Below are positions 1 to 8,198 of a stretch of 34,793 nt of DNA, piece after piece. A model generated the notes under the pieces. The model was not told the origin of the DNA. It worked only from the letters and a program-made list of their open reading frames with translations, and did no database searches. The translations under genes and the position numbers were made by a program. Position 1 is the first letter of the stretch, and the number at the start of each line of letters is the position of its first letter. Location of the stretch: assembly GCA_027062325.1 (NCBI GenBank), contig JAMOTN010000042.1:1-34793 (forward strand). Reading direction: 5' to 3'. Source of the DNA: a bacterium (GTDB taxonomy: Bacteria > JAMOTN01).

Positions 1-2
1 CA

Positions 3-362
3 AATGGAAGTTTAGTTGATATAGATAACTATACTGATGCGAACGGAAATCCATTAGAGTTGCCAGATACTCTTAATGCAACTATGGAGTTTGCAGGTCC
101 CGGCTCTTCTGGAAATTGCGGTTACATAGATCCAGTAGATCAAAGAGTTATTCACATATTCCTATATATGCATAAGCATAATATAATAGGAAATACCACT
201 CGTATAAATATATGTCCGTCAAGTGCGGTTTCAAATGTGGAAAAGTTAAAGGATCCTAGTCAGCGCAATGCTTTGATGAAAGAGGCTAACCAACAGATAA
301 CGGATTTGTTGGGGCAAGGAGCTCGTATGACTGGAACTGCTGTATTGGTGAAACAGATGTAA
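3..362 (+). CDS. Hypothetical protein, 5'-truncated at the window edge (C-terminal part only)
   Basis: The frame is open from position 3 (NGSLVDIDNYTDANGNPLELPDT...) to the TAA at 360-362, so the track's TTG at 60 is probably internal. Two Cys; no family recognised. Confidence 0.6.
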   Translation, partial: NGSLVDIDNYTDANGNPLELPDTLNATMEFAGPGSSGNCGYIDPVDQRVIHIFLYMHKHNIIGNTTRINICPSSAVSNVEKLKDPSQRNALMKEANQQITDLLGQGARMTGTAVLVKQM

Positions 363-408
363 TTTGTGTCAAAGTGGATGTGATTATTACGGAGTTAAGG
401 AGTGGGGG

Positions 409-726
409 ATGTTGAGTTTAACAGATGTTAAGATAAGAGCAGTAAAAGATAAAGAGACAGGTGTAGTTAATTTGCTGGTAGAAGGAAATTTGCTGTACTC
501 GAATGCTAAACTTTTGGAGGATAAACTTGAGAAACTTGTAGGTCAGGATGTTGTTATAGATTTTTCAAAAACAGGTCTTATAACGAGTAAAGGATTGGCA
601 ATCCTCATAGATTTTTTGAAAAAACAGGAGACTTTGAATAAAAAAGTGAAGATAAAAGTTGGTACAAGTTATGTGAAGAGAGTCCTTGAAATGGCGGGGC
701 TTGTTGATAAAGTTGATGTTATATAA
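409..726 (+). CDS. STAS-domain anti-sigma factor antagonist (SpoIIAA/RsbV-like)
   Basis: STAS pattern LLVEGNL..NA / VVIDFSKTGLITSKGLAILI / VKRVLEMAGL. AAGGAG lies 6 nt upstream of ATG 409 (the track starts at TTG 364). Confidence 0.85.
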   Translation: MLSLTDVKIRAVKDKETGVVNLLVEGNLLYSNAKLLEDKLEKLVGQDVVIDFSKTGLITSKGLAILIDFLKKQETLNKKVKIKVGTSYVKRVLEMAGLVDKVDVI

Positions 727-762
727 GGAGGGAGAAGGAAAAGTATCAGGTTATTTGAAAAA

Positions 763-1329
763 ATGTTCATATTATTAAGATTAAGTTACTTTGAAGGAAG
801 AGATATTAAGTTAGTGAGAGTCCAGTTGGGAGAATGGAGTAAAAATGATGGGGGGATGAAAGTCCCCCCTATTCTCATTTTGAAAGATGAAAATTTTAAT
901 GAGCAGACTATTAAGATGTCTGTAAAATACTTTGATATTACCCATAAAGTGCTTTCTCTACTCGAAAATTATTTTAAGTTAGAGAAAATTAGCTGGGATA
1001 AGTTGGTTGATGTGGCTGACTTTGGAAGAGTACCCCACTTTTCTAAAAGGGTTTATCGCTGGTTAGTTGAAAATACGGACTACGGAGATACAGTGACTTA
1101 TGGTGGTGTAGCAAAAGCTTTGGAGACTCATCCAAGAGCAGTTGCAGTTGCTATGAAGAGAAATCCTTATCCTTTATTGATACCCTGTCATAGAGTTGTT
1201 GGTAAAAATAGTTTGGGAGGTTATTCAGCAGGAGGAAGTGGGATAAATGGCGCAAGACTTAAGAAATTACTACTTCGATTTGAGAGAGAAGGAGCTGTTA
1301 GTGAAGTTATTTTATTCAAGACGCGTTGA
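763..1329 (+). CDS. ogt: Methylated-DNA--protein-cysteine methyltransferase
   Basis: YGDTVTYGGVA, PRAVAVAMKRNP and the active-site IPCHRVV, followed by LGGYS. Start uncertain (763 or 856). Confidence 0.92.
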   Translation: MFILLRLSYFEGRDIKLVRVQLGEWSKNDGGMKVPPILILKDENFNEQTIKMSVKYFDITHKVLSLLENYFKLEKISWDKLVDVADFGRVPHFSKRVYRWLVENTDYGDTVTYGGVAKALETHPRAVAVAMKRNPYPLLIPCHRVVGKNSLGGYSAGGSGINGARLKKLLLRFEREGAVSEVILFKTR

Positions 1330-2473
1330 TGAGGAATTTTTTTACTTTCATATTCCGTTTTGTAAAGCACTGTGTGACTACTGCAATTTTTACAAAATAC
1401 CTCAGACTAGGGGCCTAGATCTAAAATTTTACTATGAGCGATTACTAACTTATTTTAAGATCGTATTTGAGAAAGAGATGATAGGAAAAGAGTACAATAA
1501 GCTAAATTTGTACTTTGGGGGTGGAACTCCTTCTGATAGTTTTTATTTTCTAGAGTTCTTGGAGCAGTTGCTAAATTTTTTGGAAGGTTGGGAAGTTAGC
1601 ATTGGTGAGTTGAATCTTGAAATATCGGAGAGCACTTCGTTAACTTGGATAAAAGAGTTAATTAGGCTTGTAGTACATAAATTGAATAAACTTAGAATTA
1701 GCGTTGGAGTTCAAAGTTTTTCAAGTTCAGTCAGAAGATTCATAGGTAGGAAAAGAGAAACTAATTTTGAATTATTGGAATTTTTAAGACAAGCAGATCT
1801 TGAGCGTGTTGCTATCAACCTCGATTTGATATACGTGCCTTATTATGCAAAGTTTTTTTTAGAGGATGTAGAGCAGATTTTTTATTATTTCCCTGATAGT
1901 GTTTCTGTGTATTGGTTGGAAGAAAAACTTGATACTGTGTTTTTCAAAAAAGCTAAAGTGTCCGGATTTTATGCTAAACGTGACATGTTAGAAAATGAAG
2001 ATGTTTTCGATATTTTCTTTACTGGAATGAAACGTTTGAGAGAGAAGTATGCGTGGTATGAATTGTCAAACTTGGCGCGTAGTGTGAAAGGTGTGAGCCT
2101 TTTCAATCTAAATTACTGGATTGGAAATAAGTGGATTGCTTTTGGAGCTGCAGCTTCAGGATTTAGATTGTTAGAAGGTAAAAAGTCAAATTTAAGGGCT
2201 TTAACATTTAAGTCAGGCAATTTGGATGAGTTTATAAAAGGGATAGTTAAGATCGATTATTTAGTCAAGGAAGAGATTGTGTGGTGGTTTTTGACTAATA
2301 GGCTTAGGTTAGCACTCTGGGATAAGGAGGATTGGAAAAATGCTCTGACTCAACTGGAAATAAAAGCCCAACCTTTGTTTTACAAGTTGCTGAAAGAGTT
2401 TTATACTTCTTTTGAAAATAGATTGTTAATTAATTCCTTTGCCACTAAACTGATGGAAAATTTGAAATTTTGA
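1301..2473 (+). CDS. hemW: Radical SAM protein, HemN-like/HemW family, divergent
   Basis: HIPFCKALCDYCNF (CxxxCxxC), YFGGGTPS, RISVGVQSF, NLDLIY and YELSN..NLNYW. GTG 1301 has AAGGAG 6 nt upstream (the track starts at 1247). Confidence 0.75.
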   Translation: MKLFYSRRVDEEFFYFHIPFCKALCDYCNFYKIPQTRGLDLKFYYERLLTYFKIVFEKEMIGKEYNKLNLYFGGGTPSDSFYFLEFLEQLLNFLEGWEVSIGELNLEISESTSLTWIKELIRLVVHKLNKLRISVGVQSFSSSVRRFIGRKRETNFELLEFLRQADLERVAINLDLIYVPYYAKFFLEDVEQIFYYFPDSVSVYWLEEKLDTVFFKKAKVSGFYAKRDMLENEDVFDIFFTGMKRLREKYAWYELSNLARSVKGVSLFNLNYWIGNKWIAFGAAASGFRLLEGKKSNLRALTFKSGNLDEFIKGIVKIDYLVKEEIVWWFLTNRLRLALWDKEDWKNALTQLEIKAQPLFYKLLKEFYTSFENRLLINSFATKLMENLKF

Positions 2474-2474
2474 G

Positions 2475-4142
2475 TTATATTGTATCATTGTCAACTACTT
2501 TACCTACTGCTCTTATAAATATGAAGGGAATGGCAATTGCCACAGGAATAAGGAGTACTACTGGAATTACGGAGGATAAGATGTAGAGAACTACAGCAGA
2601 TAGTGCAGCAAATAAAGCATATGGGAGCTGTGTTTTTACGTGTTCTATCAGAGAACAACCAGAAGCCATGGCAGAGATTATGGTGGTATCGGAGATTGGA
2701 GAACAGTGATCTCCAAATACACTTCCTGCAAGGCATGCGGAAATAACAGGATACAAGAACTTTGGATCCATCGCAATTATTGCAGGTACTGCCATTGGCA
2801 AAATAACAGCCATTGTTCCCCAGCTAGTGCCTGTTGCAAATGATGTAATTGCAGATGTTATAAATACCACTGATGCAAACAAAAATGGAGGAATTTTGCC
2901 TTTGACAATCTCAACAACGTACTTAGCTGTACCTAGTTCCTGTGTCACTTTGCCCAGGCTCCATGCCAAAGTCATTATAAGGATGGGAGTAACCATTGCT
3001 TGAATTCCCCCAGCGAAACCTTCCATAGCTTCTTTGACACTTAGGGCTCCAGTTAATACCACAAGTGTGAATGCCAGAACTGCGGATAAAAATGAACCCC
3101 ATAGTAGAGCAGAAAAAGAGTCAGCATTTGAGATCGTATCTTTTAAGTTGGAGATGCTCCTAATGGCTTCAAATATACTACGTTTTGTGTTATCGGCTCC
3201 GGTTTTTACTAAGAAAAATATGATTGAAGATATGAGAAAAGCAATAACTATTACACTTATCCAAGCAGCTCCTTTTAAAGATTTACCTTCGAGTTTAGTT
3301 TCCCCTCCAACCTCTACCCAGCCTTTTGTTTTTTTTCCTTCTCTTGCTGTTATTTCAGCTTCATACATTGGTGATACTTCGCGCTGGAGCAAAATGGTTG
3401 CAAGTACTGTGAATAAGGCTACGATTGTGTAAAAACGATAAGGAATTGATTTTAAAAAGGCAATGTAGGGATTTTCTCCCCACCCTGCAACTTGGAAACT
3501 TGTCCCAACGACGCTTAATTCATATCCAATCCAAGTTGATATGATTGCCATTCCAACTACTGGGGCACTGGTAGAGTCGACTATGTAAGCAAGCTTTTCA
3601 CGAGATATTTTAAACTTATCTGTTAGAGGCCGAGATGTGTTACCAACTATTAAAGTGTTGGCATAATCGTCGAAAAATATTCCGACTCCTAATAAAAATG
3701 AGAAAAGTTGGACAGCACGGGGAGATTTTATGCGAGTTGCAAGTTTGTTTACTAGATTCATTACTGATCCACTCTTAGATATTATTCCAACAACGCCCCC
3801 AAGCATCAGGGAGAATACGACTATTTTAACGTGATCTGCATCGCTGAGTACCTTTATTATTACCTTGGCTGGAAAATCCATAAGAGAATTACTAAGAGAT
3901 GTCCAAAAGCTTGCTCCACTTTTCAAGTTTATCAGTACAAGACCTAAAATACTTCCAAGGGTTATGGAAAACAGAGCTTCTTCTAAGCTGAATGCGAGCA
4001 TAATGACAACGATTGGCGGAACAAGTTTAAAGAAGTTTGCATTTTCTTTTGTTGCAGACATGACTGCCCAAATAGAAAGAATAGAAGCGATACTTATACC
4101 CACAAGTTTTTTTAAATAAGCTTTACTTTTAGAAGAAGACAT
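2475..4142 (-). CDS. Na+/H+ antiporter NhaC-family transporter (substrate uncertain)
   Basis: Polytopic membrane protein with IFFDDYAN, ISREKLAYIVDSTSAP, SFATGTSWGT and GDHCSPISDTT. GAGGTG precedes ATG 4142 (the track starts at GTG 4151). Confidence 0.88.
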   Translation of the reverse strand: MSSSKSKAYLKKLVGISIASILSIWAVMSATKENANFFKLVPPIVVIMLAFSLEEALFSITLGSILGLVLINLKSGASFWTSLSNSLMDFPAKVIIKVLSDADHVKIVVFSLMLGGVVGIISKSGSVMNLVNKLATRIKSPRAVQLFSFLLGVGIFFDDYANTLIVGNTSRPLTDKFKISREKLAYIVDSTSAPVVGMAIISTWIGYELSVVGTSFQVAGWGENPYIAFLKSIPYRFYTIVALFTVLATILLQREVSPMYEAEITAREGKKTKGWVEVGGETKLEGKSLKGAAWISVIVIAFLISSIIFFLVKTGADNTKRSIFEAIRSISNLKDTISNADSFSALLWGSFLSAVLAFTLVVLTGALSVKEAMEGFAGGIQAMVTPILIMTLAWSLGKVTQELGTAKYVVEIVKGKIPPFLFASVVFITSAITSFATGTSWGTMAVILPMAVPAIIAMDPKFLYPVISACLAGSVFGDHCSPISDTTIISAMASGCSLIEHVKTQLPYALFAALSAVVLYILSSVIPVVLLIPVAIAIPFIFIRAVGKVVDNDTI

Positions 4143-4203
4143 GATCCCCACCTCTTAATTACCAAGGAATTGACTTGATTAGGAGTGAGTAATTCGATGA
4201 CTT

Positions 4204-5337
4204 TTATTCACTTTTAAGTAAAAATATTCTATCAAAAATTTTACGCATGGCTTTAGAGCGATGAGAGATGAATTTTTTAAGGTGGGGAATTTCAGCAAGT
4301 GAAGGTTTGCTATTTTGTGAAAAGTGAGTATTTACAAGTTGTTCCGGAATGTATTTAAACTCATTTCGATGTGGTGAAAAGATGGGATCATATCCAAATC
4401 CCCCAGCACCTTTAGGTGCGGTGAGAATTTCTCCCATAAGTCTTCCAGTTGTCAATATTGTTGGAGAGATTTGAGCTATGAATGGGTGGGATTTCAAATG
4501 TATGCCCCAACCAGCATTAATTGATATCAAAGTTGCTGCCGCAATAGTTAAAAAGAAGGCAGAAAAGTTGTTAGAGCTTTTGCATTTTTCAATTACTATC
4601 CTCCACCTTTCTTCATCTGTATCACCTATGCGTTTTGCTTTTGGACCAGGAAATGATTGAAAGGCTTGCAGGTATAATCCTGTGTCTTCGCCTATGATGG
4701 ATAAGAGAATGTGAGGAGAATTTAAAGTATTCGAGGATTTGTTGAAAGATGAAGGAGTAGATTTTGCCTTTACAGAGGTTGAAAGAAGTTTTTGTAAAAT
4801 TTTAGAAGTTGCATGTATAGATTTGTTTACTGCATTTACTGAGATATTGTCTCCTTCTTCCACTTCTATAGGAAGATTTGTGAAATGGACAGTTAGGAAA
4901 GAGTTTTGAAAGTTGAGTTGGTAAGATTTTATGTAATTGAGTTTTAAATTTAGTAGTAGAGTTTTTAGCAGTAGTTGGGTGATTGAGTTGTTAGATGAAA
5001 TATAAGGGTGTGGAAAAGATGGAGGTGTGGCATGAGAATTATTTATTTTATTTGAGAGATTTGTTGAATTTAAATTTTTAGCTGTGAAGGTGTTATTAAA
5101 GTGCGACTTGTTGCAGTATGTATTGTTCGATTCATAACGAACAAACGTTTGTTCGTTTAGTAAAAAATTTTTTAAGCGCTGAGCTTGAAGTTCATCTTTA
5201 TCACTTGAGAAGCTGAATTTAAGATTTTGTTCCTCACACCACACCTCCCAATTATCTGTTATCTCAATGACTTTGTGAGGGTTATTTGTTGCTACAACAA
5301 AAATAAATGTATCTGGGTGTAACTCTTTCATTCTCAC
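4204..5337 (-). CDS. rdgB: Non-canonical purine NTP pyrophosphatase (RdgB/Ham1 family) with large insertions
   Basis: Motifs in order: VATNNPHKVIE, EE...NAVNK, EDTGL....FPG, GFGYDPIF, SHRSKA. It is 377 aa versus about 200 aa for typical members. AAGGGGG precedes the GTG. Confidence 0.82.
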   Translation of the reverse strand: MRMKELHPDTFIFVVATNNPHKVIEITDNWEVWCEEQNLKFSFSSDKDELQAQRLKNFLLNEQTFVRYESNNTYCNKSHFNNTFTAKNLNSTNLSNKINNSHATPPSFPHPYISSNNSITQLLLKTLLLNLKLNYIKSYQLNFQNSFLTVHFTNLPIEVEEGDNISVNAVNKSIHATSKILQKLLSTSVKAKSTPSSFNKSSNTLNSPHILLSIIGEDTGLYLQAFQSFPGPKAKRIGDTDEERWRIVIEKCKSSNNFSAFFLTIAAATLISINAGWGIHLKSHPFIAQISPTILTTGRLMGEILTAPKGAGGFGYDPIFSPHRNEFKYIPEQLVNTHFSQNSKPSLAEIPHLKKFISHRSKAMRKIFDRIFLLKSE

Positions 5338-5363
5338 AAAGTCCCCCTTGCAGTTTTAGAGAT

Positions 5364-5657
5364 TTATTTTAACTCCTGAGTTAGTTTTTTGCTGGGAATG
5401 AATTTTATTCTTTTGCGTGACGGGACATTTATAATTTTTCCCGTTCTTGGATGTTTGATTTTTCTTGGTTTTGCGTCAACTACTTTGAGAGTACCTACAC
5501 CTCTAATTCTGAATAATCCGTCTTCTTTCAATGCGTTAAATACAGTCAGTTCAAATGCTCCCAAAATGTGTAGAAGCAGCGGGATGGAAATCTTTTTGCT
5601 CAATCCCTTCTCCTGTAGAATCTTCATCACTCTCTTTGCAATTTCTTGCTTTCTCAT
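5364..5657 (-). CDS. hup: HU/IHF-family histone-like DNA-binding protein
   Basis: MRKQEIA...IRGVGTLKV....RKIKHPRTGKIINVP....KFIPSKKL. AAGGAGG precedes ATG 5657, giving 97 aa (the track starts at 5750). Confidence 0.88.
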   Translation of the reverse strand: MRKQEIAKRVMKILQEKGLSKKISIPLLLHILGAFELTVFNALKEDGLFRIRGVGTLKVVDAKPRKIKHPRTGKIINVPSRKRIKFIPSKKLTQELK

Positions 5658-5721
5658 CTCGATCCCTCCTTTCGGGTATGTTATTACTGTTTGATTCAGT
5701 CCCCATTTTCCCAAGACACCT

Positions 5722-5750
5722 ATCTTAACACATAAATTACTTTCAATCAA
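5722..5750 (-). promoter_or_regulatory. Putative sigma70 promoter for hup (proximal)
   Basis: On the - strand, TTGATT-N17-TAAGAT with an extended -10 TG, about 65 nt upstream of the hup ATG. Confidence 0.5.
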
Positions 5751-5966
5751 TAAATTACATCAATTACGCCAGAAAGCACTGACAAGCAAATGTAAGGCTA
5801 ATAAACTAACTAAGACCCAATATTGAATTGAATATTTGCTAAACTTTATAAAGTTGAAAACTTACCTTACAAACTAGAAAGTAATGATTTACAAGCCTGG
5901 GCAGCAGCTGATTTTGCTGATAAGCTGATAGCGGTAATAACTTATGCAGGGAATCACCCCTTTATA

Positions 5967-5995
5967 AGTTTAAAAATTGTCAGAAAAAAAGTCAA
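5967..5995 (-). promoter_or_regulatory. Putative sigma70 promoter (distal), facing hup
   Basis: On the - strand, TTGACT-N17-TAAACT immediately downstream of the HEAT gene stop. Confidence 0.5.
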
Positions 5996-6022
5996 ATTGA
6001 AGCAATTTGGAGCCATACAATT

Positions 6023-8188
6023 CTATAATTGAACCTTTGCTTGCAAATACTTAATAGCTAGTTTTATAAGCTTGTCATACTGAGGGTTTATTTTTGAGAA
6101 AGATAATATGCTTTTGCTATTGGCCCCGCGCATATTTTCAGCAAAGAGCTTTATGAACCACTTTTGCTCTTCTTCTCTTTTTGCTTTTAAAGCAAAATCT
6201 AAAGCCACAATTGCCAAGTCTCTATCTTGAAGACCATGTATTAGATCTAAAAATGCTGTTTTAATTTCGGGATTTGATTTTTTGACAATTTTACATAGAG
6301 CGTTGAATACGTACTCACTTCTGAAATTTTTTACCAATGCCTTAATCGCTTCAAATGCTACTGTTTGATCTTCATCACTTGCTGCTTTTAAAAGAAATTC
6401 AATGCTATCGATTTGTTTCACTTCTGCAAGAAGTTTTACGAGGAAAGCTTTAAGATCTCGATTGGTAATAGTTGAGTAAGATTCTATAGCTGTTATCACC
6501 CAGTTTGATATTACTTTTTCTAAAATTAAAGCTAAGCTGTACATTATGTTCCACTCGGAGGTTTCATTGGCCAGCTTTATCACTTCTTTAACGAATTTGG
6601 GACCTATCTGAGGATGTACTGTATCTAGAAAAGTTGAGAAAAGATGGGATCTATTTTTAATCCATTCTATGAGTTTGTTGAAAAATTCATTGTTCAAACG
6701 GGTAGCTAAGGCGATCATAGAGTTTTTATCCCCCTGTTCAACTTGATTTAGTAGTTCTACCTCGTCAACAGGTACACTTTCTATGATGCGGCAGCTCCAA
6801 AATCTGACATCCGGGTTTGAGGACGAAAGCATTGGAAATACTATGGCAAAAGCAAATTCTTTGAAGGAAGTCTTAAGAGATTGAGCAGCTTCTTTGCGCA
6901 CAAGCCATTCTTCATCAGTGAGAAATTCTGCTACTTTTTCAGCGTGTTCAATAGTTGGTATCTCAGATAAAATCTGTATGAAAAATACTTTGCTCTTTTT
7001 GTCTGCTTCTTCTATAAATTTATCCAATATTTCTCGCCCACCTCTTAGTTTTGAAAGCGTTTTAATGGCCCAGTATCTATCGTTTTCTTCTTCAGACTTT
7101 AATTTTTCGATTATTGGGGATAGGTTTTCTGGATTTATTGATATTATGGCTTCACTTGCTCTTTTTCTGAGTAGCCAACTTTCTGAGTTAAAAAATTCTA
7201 CAAGTTTGGGAACTACCTTTTCAGAGTTTATAGAGGCCATTGCCTGTATACAATAGGATTTAACTTCAACGGATGCTTTTTCTATGAATTTTTCTATTAT
7301 GGGCAAAGCCTCTTCCTTTGCAAGTTCTGCAATTATTTGAATTATCCAAAATTTTGTGTTAATATCGGATTTCTCGTAATATTTCTCAAGAGTTGGAAGA
7401 ATAGACTTGTCGTAATGTTTGACAATTGCTCCTGCAACTTCTACTCTAATTTTCCAGATTTTATCAGAAAGTCCCTTGAGTAATAATGGAAGAATTTTTT
7501 CACTGTTGATCTCGCTTATTGCAGTATAAGCGTAAAAGCGAAGTTTAGGATTATTGGATTTTAGAATTGATGCAAAGACTCCAAGTACCTCTTCTCCCCC
7601 GATTTTTCCCATCAGTTTTATACTCCAGTATTTTACGTCTTCGTTTCCAGTTTTAAAAGCCTTGTTTAAAACAGGGATGGCTTTTTTTCCAAATTTTTCG
7701 ATACTGGATGCTGCAACGTTTCTCACACTCCAAACGGAGTCGGACAGCATGTTTATTAGAGTTGAGAGAGCTTCTGAAGAATGTGTTGCTTTTCCAAGGT
7801 TTATGGCACAGTATTTTCTGAAAGATGTGTTTGGATGGCGGGAAAAAGGAATGATAAATTTGATCAGCTCCTTTATATGAGCTGCAATGTGCATACACCA
7901 AAATAGTTTGTCTTCGTCTATTTGCGAATTGTTGAGCGCTTCTTTGAGTATCTCCTTGATTTTCTCTTTTATATACGGAGATGAATGCTCAATGAGCTTT
8001 TCGGCAATATTTTTTCTTATTCCCCAGTCAGTGTTGGATAGGTTTTCTATAAATGTATCGACGACTTCTTCTTTATCAAGGTGCATAGAGAGAAACCAGA
8101 CAGCGTATAACTTTTCTGAAAAAGAGGCATTTTTTAAAACGTTCTTCAACTCTTCTAGTTTTTTTTCTTGAAGCATATGATACACCAC
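6023..8188 (-). CDS. HEAT-repeat (PBS lyase-like) alpha-solenoid protein
   Basis: Tandem ~31-aa repeats of the type L..L.D..W.VR..AA..L along most of the length; no catalytic motif seen. ATG 8176 is an alternative start. Confidence 0.88.
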   Translation of the reverse strand: MVYHMLQEKKLEELKNVLKNASFSEKLYAVWFLSMHLDKEEVVDTFIENLSNTDWGIRKNIAEKLIEHSSPYIKEKIKEILKEALNNSQIDEDKLFWCMHIAAHIKELIKFIIPFSRHPNTSFRKYCAINLGKATHSSEALSTLINMLSDSVWSVRNVAASSIEKFGKKAIPVLNKAFKTGNEDVKYWSIKLMGKIGGEEVLGVFASILKSNNPKLRFYAYTAISEINSEKILPLLLKGLSDKIWKIRVEVAGAIVKHYDKSILPTLEKYYEKSDINTKFWIIQIIAELAKEEALPIIEKFIEKASVEVKSYCIQAMASINSEKVVPKLVEFFNSESWLLRKRASEAIISINPENLSPIIEKLKSEEENDRYWAIKTLSKLRGGREILDKFIEEADKKSKVFFIQILSEIPTIEHAEKVAEFLTDEEWLVRKEAAQSLKTSFKEFAFAIVFPMLSSSNPDVRFWSCRIIESVPVDEVELLNQVEQGDKNSMIALATRLNNEFFNKLIEWIKNRSHLFSTFLDTVHPQIGPKFVKEVIKLANETSEWNIMYSLALILEKVISNWVITAIESYSTITNRDLKAFLVKLLAEVKQIDSIEFLLKAASDEDQTVAFEAIKALVKNFRSEYVFNALCKIVKKSNPEIKTAFLDLIHGLQDRDLAIVALDFALKAKREEEQKWFIKLFAENMRGANSKSILSFSKINPQYDKLIKLAIKYLQAKVQL

Positions 8189-8198
8189 CCAAAATTAA

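Noticed and set aside
5021..5055. Strong GGAGGTG plus ATG on the + strand inside the rdgB insert
   Set aside because: It opens only a 7-codon ORF antisense to rdgB.
4900..5250. Intein or self-splicing intron in rdgB
   Set aside because: No intein terminal motifs, no homing endonuclease signature and no recognisable group I/II structure. Several separate loops are expanded rather than one.
5755..5965. SAM or lysine riboswitch controlling the downstream NhaC-family transporter
   Set aside because: No conserved aptamer core was recognised, and hup and rdgB intervene.
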